Source: Planctomycetota bacterium (lineage in GTDB: Bacteria; Planctomycetota; UBA8108; UBA1146). Taken from it: a DNA stretch of 64,000 nt. Made by a program: the position numbers and the translations under genes. Positions 20,065 through 29,844 of this stretch are shown one piece after another. The notes under the pieces are model-generated. The model had not been told where the DNA came from, made no database searches, and was given only the letters and a program-made list of their open reading frames with translations. Each line of letters opens with the position of its first letter. Within the stretch, counting starts at the first letter, position 1. The stretch spans positions 1 through 64,000 of the forward strand of contig JAYZBV010000037.1 in assembly GCA_036338595.1 (NCBI GenBank). The letters are read 5' to 3'.

Positions 20065-20732
20065 TCGAACTCTTCTGGGTTGGCGGCCCTTTCTTCATGC
20101 TTCCGTTGCTGGCTGGATCGGTGCTCGTGGTGACGATCGCCATCGAACGCTACCGTCGATTCCGTCGCGCGTCGGTCGACTACGATGGGTTCCTCTCCGA
20201 GATCCGCGAGGCGATGATCGAAGATGGTCCTCGCGCAGGTATCGAACTCGCCGATCAGTTTCCAGGCCCCATCGCAGCCGCGTGGAGCGCAGGCCTGGGG
20301 GCCCACCGGCTGCCGCTGCCGGTGCTCAGAGAGCGGATGGACTCGGTGTCGATCGCCGAGGTCCAGCGTCTGGAAAAGTACCTTCCCATCGTGGGCGTGA
20401 TCGCCCAGGTTGCGCCGCTGATCGGGATTCTCGGCACCGTCTGGGGCATGATCAGTTCCTTCGAGGGCGTTGCGGGTGGACTGGCCAGCGGTATCGGTAT
20501 CGATGGTGAGTTGCTCGCCAGCGGCATCGGTCAGGCACTGGTAACCACCGCCTTTGGACTTGCCGTGGCGATTCCGGCGACGCTGCTGCATCACTGGTTC
20601 AGTCACCGCGTCGACACCTTCATCGCCGATCTCGATCGATCTCGTTCCGACCTGATCGAGATTCTCAGCATCATCGCTCCGCGCAAGAAAAGGGTCTCAT
20701 CGACGCCCAAGATCGAGGAGACGACCGGATGA
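20061..20732 (+). CDS. MotA/TolQ/ExbB proton channel protein
   Basis: APLIGILGTVWGMI and GIGQALVTTAFGLAVAIPA motifs. Confidence 0.92.
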   Translation: MIELFWVGGPFFMLPLLAGSVLVVTIAIERYRRFRRASVDYDGFLSEIREAMIEDGPRAGIELADQFPGPIAAAWSAGLGAHRLPLPVLRERMDSVSIAEVQRLEKYLPIVGVIAQVAPLIGILGTVWGMISSFEGVAGGLASGIGIDGELLASGIGQALVTTAFGLAVAIPATLLHHWFSHRVDTFIADLDRSRSDLIEILSIIAPRKKRVSSTPKIEETTG

Positions 20733-21199
20733 GATACGAACCGCATTCATCTCGACTGCGCAGAAGGCGATGGGTTCCTCGATGGGGTGACTCGCTGGCT
20801 CCACTTCTCGATGTGATCTTCTTGCTGGTCATCTTCTTGCTCGTCTCGGCACGTTTCGATCGCACCCGGACCATCGAGGTGGATCTCCCCGAGGCGAAGG
20901 GCGAAATCGTCCAGACGACAGCGCTGGAACCGCTGGAAGTGGTGCTCTTGAAGGACGGATCGTTGCAATGGAAGGGCGAGGATGTCACAGCACGACAGCT
21001 CGCAGACCGGCTGGCGCTGCTGCCCTCGGAGCAGCGCCTGCGTCCATTCACCGTTCAGGCGGACCGCGGCGTTGTGCTCGAATCGGGGATTCAGCTGCTG
21101 GAAATGCTACGGCTGCTCGGCTGGAGCCAGGTCGAATTCGAGGTATCTGCCCCCCCGAATGGCTCCGGAATCATTGAGGATCGCGACTCCGAGGGCTAG
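20729..21199 (+). CDS. ExbD/TolR family protein
   Basis: LAPLLDVIFLLVIF TM segment with the conserved Asp; VDLPEA and VQAD motifs. Confidence 0.9.
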   Translation: MRYEPHSSRLRRRRWVPRWGDSLAPLLDVIFLLVIFLLVSARFDRTRTIEVDLPEAKGEIVQTTALEPLEVVLLKDGSLQWKGEDVTARQLADRLALLPSEQRLRPFTVQADRGVVLESGIQLLEMLRLLGWSQVEFEVSAPPNGSGIIEDRDSEG

Positions 21200-21263
21200 A
21201 ATCAGGTCAGGGGCGGACTGCCCATGCCCCACCAGTACCCGTTCACTCCCGGGAGGAGATGCG

Positions 21264-22967
21264 ATGCCCATCGCAACCAGAGAGACCACCGAAGATACCG
21301 TTGACCATCGAAATTTCTTGCCCCCACTGCTGAGTTTCATGCTGGCTCTGTCGATCAGCCTGTTACTGAGCGGTTGTGGCGGCTCTGGCGATGGCTCCGG
21401 AGATGACGATTCTGGCTCCGGCGGATCCGAAGCACTGACGACGCAGGTCGAGCAACTGATCGAGGATTCCGATGACCTGGTCGCTGCCGCCAAGAAGGCC
21501 AATGCCGAGAAGTACAAGTCTGCAGAATTGAACGCAGCCATCAAGGTTCTCAACCGGGCCAAGGAGTACTTCGAGGATGGAGAGGCCAAGAAGGCGCGCA
21601 CCCAGGCTCGTAGCGCCAAAAGAAAGCTGGAATCTCTGGTTCAGGATTCGAGTGCCATCGCCGCCAAGATGAAGAGCGTCGAGGAAAAGGTGACCGCCTA
21701 CGAGAAAAAACTCGCAGAAGTGATCGCGATCGGAGCCGACAAGGTAGCGCCCTCGGAGATGGAAGGTGCTGCGCGATCCTTTGAAAAAGCCAAGAATTAC
21801 ATCGCGGATGGCAAAACTACCAGCGCCGGGAAATATCTCGGATACGCCATCTCGGACCTCGACCGCGCCATCGAGGAATTCAGCAAGAGTAACCAGCAAA
21901 AAGTGGCCGCCGATGAGGAAAAAGTGCTGATGACAGAGAAGCGTCAGCAGGCGCTCGATGCGGGAGCCGAAGAGAAAGCACTGCGTGACCTGGAGTACGC
22001 TCGCGATCGCGAACGAATGGGAGATCAGGCATACGAGCGAAGCGACTTCCATTCGGCAGCACGGAGTTACCGCGATGCCAAGACCGGATACATCGGTGCC
22101 ATCGAGACCGCCCGCAGGACAGATAACGTGATCGCCGGTGGTAACGGTGGAGCCAGCGATATCGGAGTCGGCGGTCACGGCGACAGTGGAGATGCACCGG
22201 GCGTCGATCAGATCGAGATTCCCGATATCGGTGTCGGTGGCGATGTCGATCTCAACACCGGTCTGGCAGGACTCTTCAGTGGATCGGCAGAGTACAACAC
22301 GGCCAAGCAGGCTCTTCGCCTCAACTGGGCCGACGGAACCGAACTCAAATCGGACATGAAGCGGCTGCTGGGAGATCCTGCCAATGTCCACTTCGAGGGA
22401 GATGAGGGAGTGGGCCAGGGTCAAGATGGTGCCTATGTCATGGCCGGCAATACATCGGGTTACTGGATCGTCAATGCTTCCTTCGAGGATGGAGTTCGGG
22501 TTCGCGCCAAGGTGTTGTTTCAGTTACTGATCGACAAGCCTGCCTTCGAGATCATCCTGATGAGTGATGGAGGTCAGGATTTCTATGCCGCCAGTTACGG
22601 TGCTCACGCCAAGGTCTACAAGAATGGACTGCCGGTCGGGCAGATGAGTAGCCCCCTGGCGGCCTACAAGAAAAACCCCAAGGACTGGGTGCAGAAGCGC
22701 GAGGCCTACGAGTTCGAGTTCGTCTATTACAAACGGGGCGAAGACAAAGGCGTGCTGGAGGCAAAGATCAACGGCGAGACGACGGTCAAGTTGAAGACCG
22801 ATCGCTACCGCAAAGGGTTCCCGGGCTTCCGGTGGACCGACACCAAGTTCATCATCCAGGAACTGGAGATCTCTGGCATCGTCGACGAGGAGTGGGCCGA
22901 GGCGGAACTCAAGAAGGCCAGCGACGGCACCCGCGGGGACACCGAGGGCGATGATTTCGACTTCTAG
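21264..22967 (+). CDS. Putative lipoprotein: helical N-terminal region plus beta-rich C-terminal domain
   Basis: GGAGG RBS before ATG 21264; LLLSGC lipobox-like motif; Gly/Asp linkers; strong coding bias. Confidence 0.75.
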   Translation: MPIATRETTEDTVDHRNFLPPLLSFMLALSISLLLSGCGGSGDGSGDDDSGSGGSEALTTQVEQLIEDSDDLVAAAKKANAEKYKSAELNAAIKVLNRAKEYFEDGEAKKARTQARSAKRKLESLVQDSSAIAAKMKSVEEKVTAYEKKLAEVIAIGADKVAPSEMEGAARSFEKAKNYIADGKTTSAGKYLGYAISDLDRAIEEFSKSNQQKVAADEEKVLMTEKRQQALDAGAEEKALRDLEYARDRERMGDQAYERSDFHSAARSYRDAKTGYIGAIETARRTDNVIAGGNGGASDIGVGGHGDSGDAPGVDQIEIPDIGVGGDVDLNTGLAGLFSGSAEYNTAKQALRLNWADGTELKSDMKRLLGDPANVHFEGDEGVGQGQDGAYVMAGNTSGYWIVNASFEDGVRVRAKVLFQLLIDKPAFEIILMSDGGQDFYAASYGAHAKVYKNGLPVGQMSSPLAAYKKNPKDWVQKREAYEFEFVYYKRGEDKGVLEAKINGETTVKLKTDRYRKGFPGFRWTDTKFIIQELEISGIVDEEWAEAELKKASDGTRGDTEGDDFDF

Positions 22968-22997
22968 AGCCGGAACCCCTCGACGGAGGATCTCCAG

Positions 22998-24104
22998 ATG
23001 ATGAAGACCGTGCTGAACAGCGCACATCAGCGTCACGGGGCCCGGCTCGTCGAGTTCGGTGGCTTCGAGATGCCCGTCTGGTACTCGGGACTCACCGCGG
23101 AACACCATGCGGTGCGCCAGCGTGCCGGAGTCTTCGATCTGTGTCACATGGGGCGTTTCGAGATCGTCGGAGACGATCCCATCGCCTCGCTCGATCAGGT
23201 CGTGACCCAGGATGTTTCTCGCATGAAGAAGGGGCAGGTGCGCTACTCGCTGGTCTGCAACGACGAGGGCGGCGTACTCGACGATATCCTGATCTACCGG
23301 CTGCCCGATCGACTGTGGCTGGTCGTCAATGCCGGAAACCGCGACAAGCTGCTGACCTGGTTCGCCGAGCGCCTGCAGGGTGCGAAGGTGATCGACCACA
23401 GTGACGATCTCGCCATGGTTGCGCTGCAGGGGCCCCTCTCCGGCTCGCTACTGGCGCCACACATCGAACGATCCGGCCAGCGGGCTCTCGCCGATCTCGG
23501 CTACTACCGGATCGCTGCAGCGCGAATAAATCTGACATCATCTGAAATCGAGGGTTGGGTCTCTCGCACCGGATACACCGGTGAGGACGGCTTCGAACTC
23601 TATATCCCTTCCACTTCAGCGGAGAGTGTCTTCGATGCTCTGCTCGATCTCTCCGACGATGTGATTCCGTGCGGACTCGGCTGCCGCGACACCTTGCGGC
23701 TCGAGGCGGGAATGCCGCTCTACGGGCACGAACTCTCCCAGCAACAGGACCCGATTTCTGCGGGGCTATCCTTCGGAATCGCACTCGATAAGGAGGGTGG
23801 ATTCATCGGCCAGCAGGCACTCGCGCAGATCAACAGCGCCGGTCCCGCACGGCAGTTGCGCGGATTTGTCGTCGAGGGACGACGCCCTGCGCGGCAGGGT
23901 GCTGCGATTCTGTATCAGGGCCAGACGGTCGGTGAGATCACGAGCGGCTCGCCATCCCCTACCCTGGGAGTGGCCATCGCATGCGGTTATGTCTCGGCCG
24001 AGGTCCCCGAGGAGGCACGCCTGAAGGTCGATTTACGGGGCAAAGAAGCCGATCTGACTCCTCATCCGTTGCCCTTCTATCGTCGAAGCACCGAGACCGC
24101 CTGA
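22998..24104 (+). CDS. gcvT: Glycine cleavage system T protein
   Basis: [30 protein letters not shown] and [14 protein letters not shown] motifs. Confidence 0.96.
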   Translation: MMKTVLNSAHQRHGARLVEFGGFEMPVWYSGLTAEHHAVRQRAGVFDLCHMGRFEIVGDDPIASLDQVVTQDVSRMKKGQVRYSLVCNDEGGVLDDILIYRLPDRLWLVVNAGNRDKLLTWFAERLQGAKVIDHSDDLAMVALQGPLSGSLLAPHIERSGQRALADLGYYRIAAARINLTSSEIEGWVSRTGYTGEDGFELYIPSTSAESVFDALLDLSDDVIPCGLGCRDTLRLEAGMPLYGHELSQQQDPISAGLSFGIALDKEGGFIGQQALAQINSAGPARQLRGFVVEGRRPARQGAAILYQGQTVGEITSGSPSPTLGVAIACGYVSAEVPEEARLKVDLRGKEADLTPHPLPFYRRSTETA

Positions 24105-24247
24105 ATCTGCCGGCCCCTCGTTGATCGGTTTCCCTCTTGCGCAGGCACGCTCTCTCGATCATATTTCGCCGCTGAACCACAGTGACAACCTCGGTGGTCG
24201 ACCCACCAGCAGAAACACCGTGTTGCCGTGAAAGGGTTGGTGCGTTC

Positions 24248-24637
24248 ATGTCCGAGATTCCCAGCGATCGTTCCTATCTCTCTTCCCACGAATGGGCGAT
24301 GCCCACCGACGATGGACTTGTCGTGGTCGGTATTTCGGAACACGCAGCTCAAGAACTGGGTGAACTGGTCTTCATCGAACTTCCCGAGAAGGGTGATGAG
24401 GTCCAGTACGACAGTCAGTTCGGTGAAATCGAATCGGTGAAGGCGGTCAGCGAGTTGAACTCCCCCGTGTCCGGTAAGGTCGTGGAAGTGAACACGGCAC
24501 TCTCCGATAGCCAGGATGCCATCAGCGAATCCCCCTTCGCAGATGGTTGGATGATCAAGGTGGCTCCTGCTGACGATTCCGGTCTCACCAAACTGCTCGA
24601 CGCCTCAGCATACGAGGCGCAATTGCAAGAGTCCTGA
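24248..24637 (+). CDS. gcvH: Glycine cleavage system H protein
   Basis: SHEWA, lipoyl-Lys motif IESVKAVSE, and GWMIK. Confidence 0.96.
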   Translation: MSEIPSDRSYLSSHEWAMPTDDGLVVVGISEHAAQELGELVFIELPEKGDEVQYDSQFGEIESVKAVSELNSPVSGKVVEVNTALSDSQDAISESPFADGWMIKVAPADDSGLTKLLDASAYEAQLQES

Positions 24638-24653
24638 TGCAACAGCGGTTGCG

Positions 24654-25376
24654 ATGATCCAGCCGATGCCCGCCTCCCCCATCGTTTCCAACTTTGAGCT
24701 ACTGCTTCCAGATGCTCTCACTGCAGCCCAGAACATGGCGCTCGATGATCTGCTGCTCGATCGGCCCGGCTGGTTCATCCGACTCACCCGCTGGCAAGAG
24801 GCGGCCATCACCATCGGTCGATTCCAGTCGTCGTCCGATTCGTTGGCGGGATGCGAAACGATTGAATCGGTACGCAGGGTCACAGGCGGAGGCGCCATCC
24901 TTCACGGCGATGATCTGACACTCGCCATCGCCGGCGACTGCCCCTCGGCCATTTTTCGACGCAGAAGGCCAGCCGAGGTCGCGGCTACCATCTCTGCGGT
25001 ACTGGCAGAGATGTTTGAATGCACGGCCACCTCGCGCGGTGGAGAATCGCAGGAAATCTCGATGCAACACATCAGCGACTGCTTCCAGCGCAGTTCTCCG
25101 AGTGATGTGATGGTCGAAGGGCCCTCCGGCAAGATCAAGGCGGGAGGGATTGCGCTGGCGTTTCGCGACTCACGGGTACTGATCGAGGTGAGCCTGCGTC
25201 GTGAACTGCTCCAGGCGGACCCCGGCGACGACCGGCCCCTTCTGGAACAGCTGGGCTTCCTGCTCGGACTGGGCGAGATGACACTCAGCGAGGGAGCCCT
25301 CGATGCTGACTGGATGCAGCAGATCGACGAGCGCGTACTGGAACGATTTGGCACGACCAGCTGGAATCAGCGCTAG
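24654..25376 (+). CDS. Lipoate-protein ligase/octanoyltransferase family protein
   Basis: NMALDD, VRRVTGGGAILH, CF and KAGG motifs; follows gcvH. Confidence 0.85.
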   Translation: MIQPMPASPIVSNFELLLPDALTAAQNMALDDLLLDRPGWFIRLTRWQEAAITIGRFQSSSDSLAGCETIESVRRVTGGGAILHGDDLTLAIAGDCPSAIFRRRRPAEVAATISAVLAEMFECTATSRGGESQEISMQHISDCFQRSSPSDVMVEGPSGKIKAGGIALAFRDSRVLIEVSLRRELLQADPGDDRPLLEQLGFLLGLGEMTLSEGALDADWMQQIDERVLERFGTTSWNQR

Positions 25377-26380
25377 GGGCGGGTCTCCGCATCGGCACTT
25401 CTCGCCGACCACCAGTCTCGCAAGGATTCGACATCTCTGACGATCTGTCGGCGCAACGCCTCGGGCGACTCAAATCGCCGCTCTCCTCGCAATCGTCGGT
25501 GCAGTTCTACCGTGATGGTTCGCTGGTACAGATCGCCCTGAAATCCATCGAGGTGCGCTTCGAGACGATCGAGTTTCGGATCGAAGGGGGTTCCTTCCGG
25601 AGCCTCCGGTGTGCCGAAGGTCGGCCGTCGGCCGATGTTGATCGCCGCAGGCCACGGTTGCGGGTGCACCTGCCCATCGATCGGTTCGTCGCCGAGCAAG
25701 ACGCTGCCGAGATAGACTCCCACGGGCGGTACCAGTATCGGTCCCGGATCGAGATTGGCGGTCGGAAAACCGATGGTGCGCCCTCGCATGTCACCGACGA
25801 TCACCTCGCCGCTCAGCGAGAAGGGACGCCCCAGTAATCGCTGCGCCCGGGCCAGATCGCCCTCCTCGAGACAGCGACGCACCACCGACGAACTGACCGC
25901 CTCTCCCTCCAGTAACAGCGGCGGCGAGATGCGCAGTTCCAGCGACAGGTCCGGAATCGCCTGGAGATACTCCGCAGTACCCCGGGCACCGTGGCCAAAT
26001 GCTGAATCGAATCCCATCAGCAGGTGATCACTCCCGAGCGCCCCGACCAGCACCTCGTCGATGAAGCGCTCGGGACTCCAGGAAGCCAGTTCATCATCGA
26101 AGGGCAACACGACCACCGTATCGACACCGGTCTGCCCCAGGAGTTCGAGCCTCCGGTCGAGCGGTGTCAGAACCGCCGGCGCCATGCCCAGCACCACCTG
26201 CTTCGGATGGGTCGAGAAGGTGATCACCGTCGAGGTTCCGCCCAGTTCTTCACTCCAGCGCAGCAGGTCTTGCATCAACGATGCATGGCCACGGTGAAAC
26301 CCGTCGAAAAAACCGATGGTGCAAACCGGACATTCCGGAGGTTGCTGGGCGAGCTGCTCGAGACCATGGAGGATCTTCAA
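25373..26380 (-). CDS. ribF: Riboflavin kinase/FAD synthetase
   Basis: IGFFDGFHRGH, SSS, GRTIGFPTAN, NIGRRPTF and EAHL motifs. Confidence 0.96.
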   Translation of the reverse strand: MKILHGLEQLAQQPPECPVCTIGFFDGFHRGHASLMQDLLRWSEELGGTSTVITFSTHPKQVVLGMAPAVLTPLDRRLELLGQTGVDTVVVLPFDDELASWSPERFIDEVLVGALGSDHLLMGFDSAFGHGARGTAEYLQAIPDLSLELRISPPLLLEGEAVSSSVVRRCLEEGDLARAQRLLGRPFSLSGEVIVGDMRGRTIGFPTANLDPGPILVPPVGVYLGSVLLGDEPIDGQVHPQPWPAAINIGRRPTFGTPEAPEGTPFDPKLDRLEAHLDGFQGDLYQRTITVELHRRLRGERRFESPEALRRQIVRDVESLRDWWSARSADAETRP

Positions 26381-26961
26381 GATTCTTCCTCGCGCTGTTG
26401 CCAGTCATCGCGCATCTCACGCAGCACTCCATCGACAGAGATGCGCTGCAGGGTCGAGACCCTGGCGGTGATCAGGATCCCATCGAGGTGATCATTTTCG
26501 TGCTGGATGCAGCGCGCAAGAATTCCATCGCTCTCCAGATCAAATTGCACTCCGTCGATGCCGGTCGCCCTGACATTGACCTGAGGCGTTCGATCCACTG
26601 CCAGGCGAAGGCCCGGCAGACTGAGACACCCCTCTTCACCCTCCTCCGGAGTCTGCGATGGGTGTGACAACTGCGGATCGATGAAGACCCTCTCCGACGC
26701 CGGATCATGATCCTCGATGTCGATATTGACGACGAAGACGCGGGCATTCCAGCCGACCTGGGGCGCAGCAAGGCCGATCCCCTGGTGCTCGTACATCAAT
26801 TCGAACATCCGTCGGATACAGGCGTGCGCCGCGTCATCGGGGAGTCCGAGCGAGTGACAGCGCACTCCCAGCACCGGATCAGGGTAGTACCTCAGGTACA
26901 GATCCTCGGCCGCAGTGACAAAGGACCCGGATCCGGGTGCATGAGGTGATGGAGTCGACAA
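26377..26961 (-). CDS. def: Peptide deformylase
   Basis: GIGLAAPQVG, EGCLS and QHENDHLDG motifs. Confidence 0.97.
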   Translation of the reverse strand: MSTPSPHAPGSGSFVTAAEDLYLRYYPDPVLGVRCHSLGLPDDAAHACIRRMFELMYEHQGIGLAAPQVGWNARVFVVNIDIEDHDPASERVFIDPQLSHPSQTPEEGEEGCLSLPGLRLAVDRTPQVNVRATGIDGVQFDLESDGILARCIQHENDHLDGILITARVSTLQRISVDGVLREMRDDWQQREEES

Positions 26962-27304
26962 GGGCCCTCCCTGGCCATCCAGGTCCTTCTCTGGGTGGCA
27001 ACATCGTCGCGAATCCTAGCAGGCTAGCCCGATCCGGGCCAGAGCCCCAGGCGCAAATCCGACCCGGAGATGTTGACCATCCGGGGCCTCGCGGGTACCC
27101 TCCGGGGTTTCCGGGATCAGTCGCCGGACCCGATCAGGGGGCGCTGCTGGCCCGAACAGTGTAGGGTCATCAGCAGCGGCGATCAGACCGCACGACAACC
27201 GCACTGGTGCTCGATGACCCGTGTATCCGCACGGCATCGGACTGCATTCAATTTTCATTTCCGGATCCAGCGCATCGGATCCTGTAAGGTCGGAGAACAG
27301 CTCA

Positions 27305-28687
27305 ATGGCAGCAGCGGATAACTTCTTCACGAAAGCAGACCAGGCTCGCAAGAAGAAGAATTATGACTATGCCCTCGAGTTGTACCAGCAAGGTCTTCAA
27401 ATCGACCCGGACCGTGTCGAGGAGCGAATGCGTCTGCGCCAGGCACAGGTTCTTCGCATCCTCGATAGGGGTGGAAACACCCAGGGTGGCGCCGGCGTCA
27501 TGTTCAAGAATGGCCTGCTGCTCGGCAACATCAAGAAGCTGGGAATGCAGAAGAAGTACGAGGAACAGATCCTCGAGATCGAGAAGTTCCTCTGCGTTGC
27601 ACCGCAGAATGCGGGACATCTGTTCCTGCTCGCCGAGGCGTTTCTCGCCACCGAGCGTCCCAGCAGCGCCAAGCAAGCGTACCTGGAAGTGACCGAGACA
27701 GACGCTTCCAACACCGAAGCGTGGAAATCTCTCGGACGCATCTACGAGCAGGAGAAGTCGCTCGATGATGCCATCGAATGCTGGGAGCGCGTACGGATCG
27801 CGGCCCCACACGATGCCGAGGCTGGCAAGGCGATCCGCAACCTCTCGGCAGCCCAGATGATGGTCAAGGCCGAGGAGCGAAAGCAAGGCGGCGAGGGATC
27901 CTTCCGGGACCTGCTCAAGAGTGAAGAGGACTCCGCCAAGCTGGAACAGGCCTCCTCGATCATCCGCACCGCCGAGGATGCTCGCAGTGCCATAGACATC
28001 AGCCGCGAGAAGGCCGAGGCTGACCCGGAGAACTCGCGACTGTGGCGAGACCTCGGCGATCTACAGTCGAAGGCGAGAGATTTCGACGGCGCCCGCGCTT
28101 CCTACGAAAAAGCACGCGAGGTCAATCCCGAGGATATGTATGCCGCCGACAAGCTCGGTTCGCTGCGCGAGGCGATCTATGTCGACCGTATCGAGGGGCT
28201 GCGACAGAAAGCAGCGGCCGGAGATACTGCCGCCGCAACCGAGATGGAGGACGTGGTTTCGGAGCAGAAGGACTTCATGATGAAGGACTACGCCCGTCGC
28301 GTCATGGACCACCCCACCGACTTCGGACTGAAATACAAGTATGGAGAGTTGCTGGTGGAAGGGGGCCAATGGGACGAGGCGATCGCCCAGTTCCAGAACG
28401 CCCGCAAGGATCCGAAGTTCGTCACCGGATCGACCTACATGATCGGCAAGGCGTTCTTCAACAAGAACCTGCACGATCTGGCGATCAAGGAGTACGGCGC
28501 CGCACTGGAGCAAATCAAAGAAGCGGATAGCGAGTTGGCGAAGTCGGTCAGATACGATCTGGCGCTCGCCTACGAAAAGAAGGGCTCGAAGGAGAAGGCC
28601 CTCGAGTTCCTGGAAGAAATCATGTCGGTGGACATCAGTTTTCGCGATGTCTCCCAGAAAGTGACTGAAATCCGCGGCTCGCTCTAG
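27305..28687 (+). CDS. Tetratricopeptide repeat protein
   Basis: Many TPR-like helical pairs, e.g. AWKSLGRIYEQ and LWRDLGDLQ...ARASYEKAREVNP. Confidence 0.88.
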   Translation: MAAADNFFTKADQARKKKNYDYALELYQQGLQIDPDRVEERMRLRQAQVLRILDRGGNTQGGAGVMFKNGLLLGNIKKLGMQKKYEEQILEIEKFLCVAPQNAGHLFLLAEAFLATERPSSAKQAYLEVTETDASNTEAWKSLGRIYEQEKSLDDAIECWERVRIAAPHDAEAGKAIRNLSAAQMMVKAEERKQGGEGSFRDLLKSEEDSAKLEQASSIIRTAEDARSAIDISREKAEADPENSRLWRDLGDLQSKARDFDGARASYEKAREVNPEDMYAADKLGSLREAIYVDRIEGLRQKAAAGDTAAATEMEDVVSEQKDFMMKDYARRVMDHPTDFGLKYKYGELLVEGGQWDEAIAQFQNARKDPKFVTGSTYMIGKAFFNKNLHDLAIKEYGAALEQIKEADSELAKSVRYDLALAYEKKGSKEKALEFLEEIMSVDISFRDVSQKVTEIRGSL

Positions 28688-28712
28688 CGCGCGCCGCAGG
28701 AAGAAGAGGAAA

Positions 28713-28976
28713 ATGCCGAATAACGCATCGACGAAGAAACGGTTGCGCCAGGATGTGCAGCGCAATCTGCGCAACCGGATGAAAAAATCCGAGATCCGCA
28801 CGCTGACCAAGAAGATCCTGGCTGCGGTCGAGGAGGGAAATGCAGACGATGCCCAGCAGATGGCAAAGGTGGTCCAGTCAAAACTGGACCGTGCTGCCAA
28901 ATCGGGCACGATGCACGCCAATACGGTCGGCCGTCGCAAGGCGCTGATCCAACGTCACCTTGCCAAACTGTCCTGA
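28713..28976 (+). CDS. rpsT: 30S ribosomal protein S20
   Basis: MPNNASTKKRLRQ...LDRAAKSGTMHANTVGRRK. Confidence 0.95.
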   Translation: MPNNASTKKRLRQDVQRNLRNRMKKSEIRTLTKKILAAVEEGNADDAQQMAKVVQSKLDRAAKSGTMHANTVGRRKALIQRHLAKLS

Positions 28977-29014
28977 TCGCCCTAGACTTCTCGCGAGATG
29001 TCGCAAGAAATCCG

Positions 29015-29090
29015 GGTCAGGTAGCTCAGTTGGTAGAGCACTGCACTGAAAATGCAGGTGTCGGCGGTTCGAATCCGCCCCTGACCACCA
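29015..29090 (+). tRNA. tRNA-Phe(GAA)
   Basis: Acceptor GGTCAGG/CCTGACC, anticodon arm CTGCA-CTGAAAA-TGCAG, GTTCGAATC T-loop, encoded CCA. Confidence 0.98.
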
Positions 29091-29100
29091 CTGAACCAGC

Positions 29101-29139
29101 AAGGCCCCCCCGTCACGACCGTGGCGGGGGGGCTTTTTC
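29101..29139 (+). terminator. Intrinsic terminator after rpsT-tRNA-Phe
   Basis: GCCCCCCCGTCAC...GTGGCGGGGGGGC followed by TTTTT. Confidence 0.85.
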
Positions 29140-29164
29140 ATCTCGGGGTGGACCCTTCAACAGA

Positions 29165-29212
29165 AACACGGCGGGCACCGCTGACCCGTGAGTCAGAGAT
29201 ACCAGCCGTGTT
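29165..29212 (-). terminator. Long 3'-UTR stem-loop downstream of the GG-leader peptide pair, homologous to 493-539
   Basis: AACACGGC/GCCGTGTT outer stem and CTGAC/GTCAG inner stem; G-U pairs on the minus strand; followed by TCTGTT. Confidence 0.65.
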
Positions 29213-29228
29213 GCGTGAAGCGTTCCAC

Positions 29229-29263
29229 CCGTTACGAGATCACTTCGCCCGTGATGACGAGTA
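29229..29263. repeat. 35-nt direct repeat A (3' flank of peptide 2)
   Basis: CCGTTACGAGATCACTTCGCCCGTGATGACGAGTA; 34/35 identical to 29487-29521. Confidence 0.92.
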
Positions 29264-29267
29264 GGGA

Positions 29268-29456
29268 CTAGCCCTTGTTACTCCGGCCACTGTTGTGAGG
29301 ATTGCTCTTAGCCTTCAGCTCCTCGTCCTTCTGCTTCGCGGCATTTGAGATTGCAAACGCAGCAAGAATTACACCGCCATCGACATCTTCCATCTCCTCG
29401 TCGGAGAGCTTCTCACGGTCCTTGTCGTCGTGCTTCTTCTTCTTATCGTCGGTCAT
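29268..29456 (-). CDS. Double-glycine leader peptide precursor 2 (62 aa)
   Basis: MTDDKKKKHDDKDREKLSDEEMEDVDGG|VILAAFAISNAAKQKDEELKAKSNPHNSGRSNKG; GGGAGGT RBS. Confidence 0.8.
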   Translation of the reverse strand: MTDDKKKKHDDKDREKLSDEEMEDVDGGVILAAFAISNAAKQKDEELKAKSNPHNSGRSNKG

Positions 29457-29486
29457 ATCGACCTCCCTTCTTGAGTTTCGTTCGTT

Positions 29487-29521
29487 CCGTTACGAGATCA
29501 CTTCGCCCGTGAGGACGAGTA
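29487..29521. repeat. 35-nt direct repeat B (3' flank of peptide 3)
   Basis: CCGTTACGAGATCACTTCGCCCGTGAGGACGAGTA. Confidence 0.92.
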
Positions 29522-29530
29522 ACCAGTTAG

Positions 29531-29728
29531 TCATGCCTTCGTAACCCCATCGCCACGAAAACCAGGCTTCTTCTTGCCCTTTTTCTTGCTGGGGAAATAC
29601 CCGTCGCCTTGGTCCGCAACGCCCAGTGCATTCTTAAGATCGTTACTTACCCCCCCCGCCACATCCTCCATCTCCTCGTCGGAGAGCTTCTTGCGGTCCT
29701 TGTCGTCGTGCTTCTTGTCGTCGGTCAT
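29531..29728 (-). CDS. Double-glycine leader peptide precursor 3 (65 aa)
   Basis: MTDDKKHDDKDRKKLSDEEMEDVAGG|VSNDLKNALGVADQGDGYFPSKKKGKKKPGFRGDGVTKA; AAGGGAG RBS. Confidence 0.8.
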   Translation of the reverse strand: MTDDKKHDDKDRKKLSDEEMEDVAGGVSNDLKNALGVADQGDGYFPSKKKGKKKPGFRGDGVTKA

Positions 29729-29844
29729 ATCGACTCCCTTCTCGAGCTTCGTTCGTTCCGTTCAGGATAGCCGCTGCTGAACGAAATACGACCTACTGCC
29801 CGTGCCTGCACGACAGTCCCTGCACGATAGTCACTGCTCGATAT

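Noticed and set aside
24104..24247. Glycine riboswitch near gcvT/gcvH
   Set aside because: The conserved GGAGA...GAAG...CTCTCAGG elements were not found here or upstream of gcvT.
29229..29762. Peptide cassettes as integron cassettes or a CRISPR array
   Set aside because: Homology breaks at a GTT, but there is no RYYYAAC...GTTRRRY attC hairpin and no integrase. Only two repeats exist, about 220 nt apart, with no cas genes.
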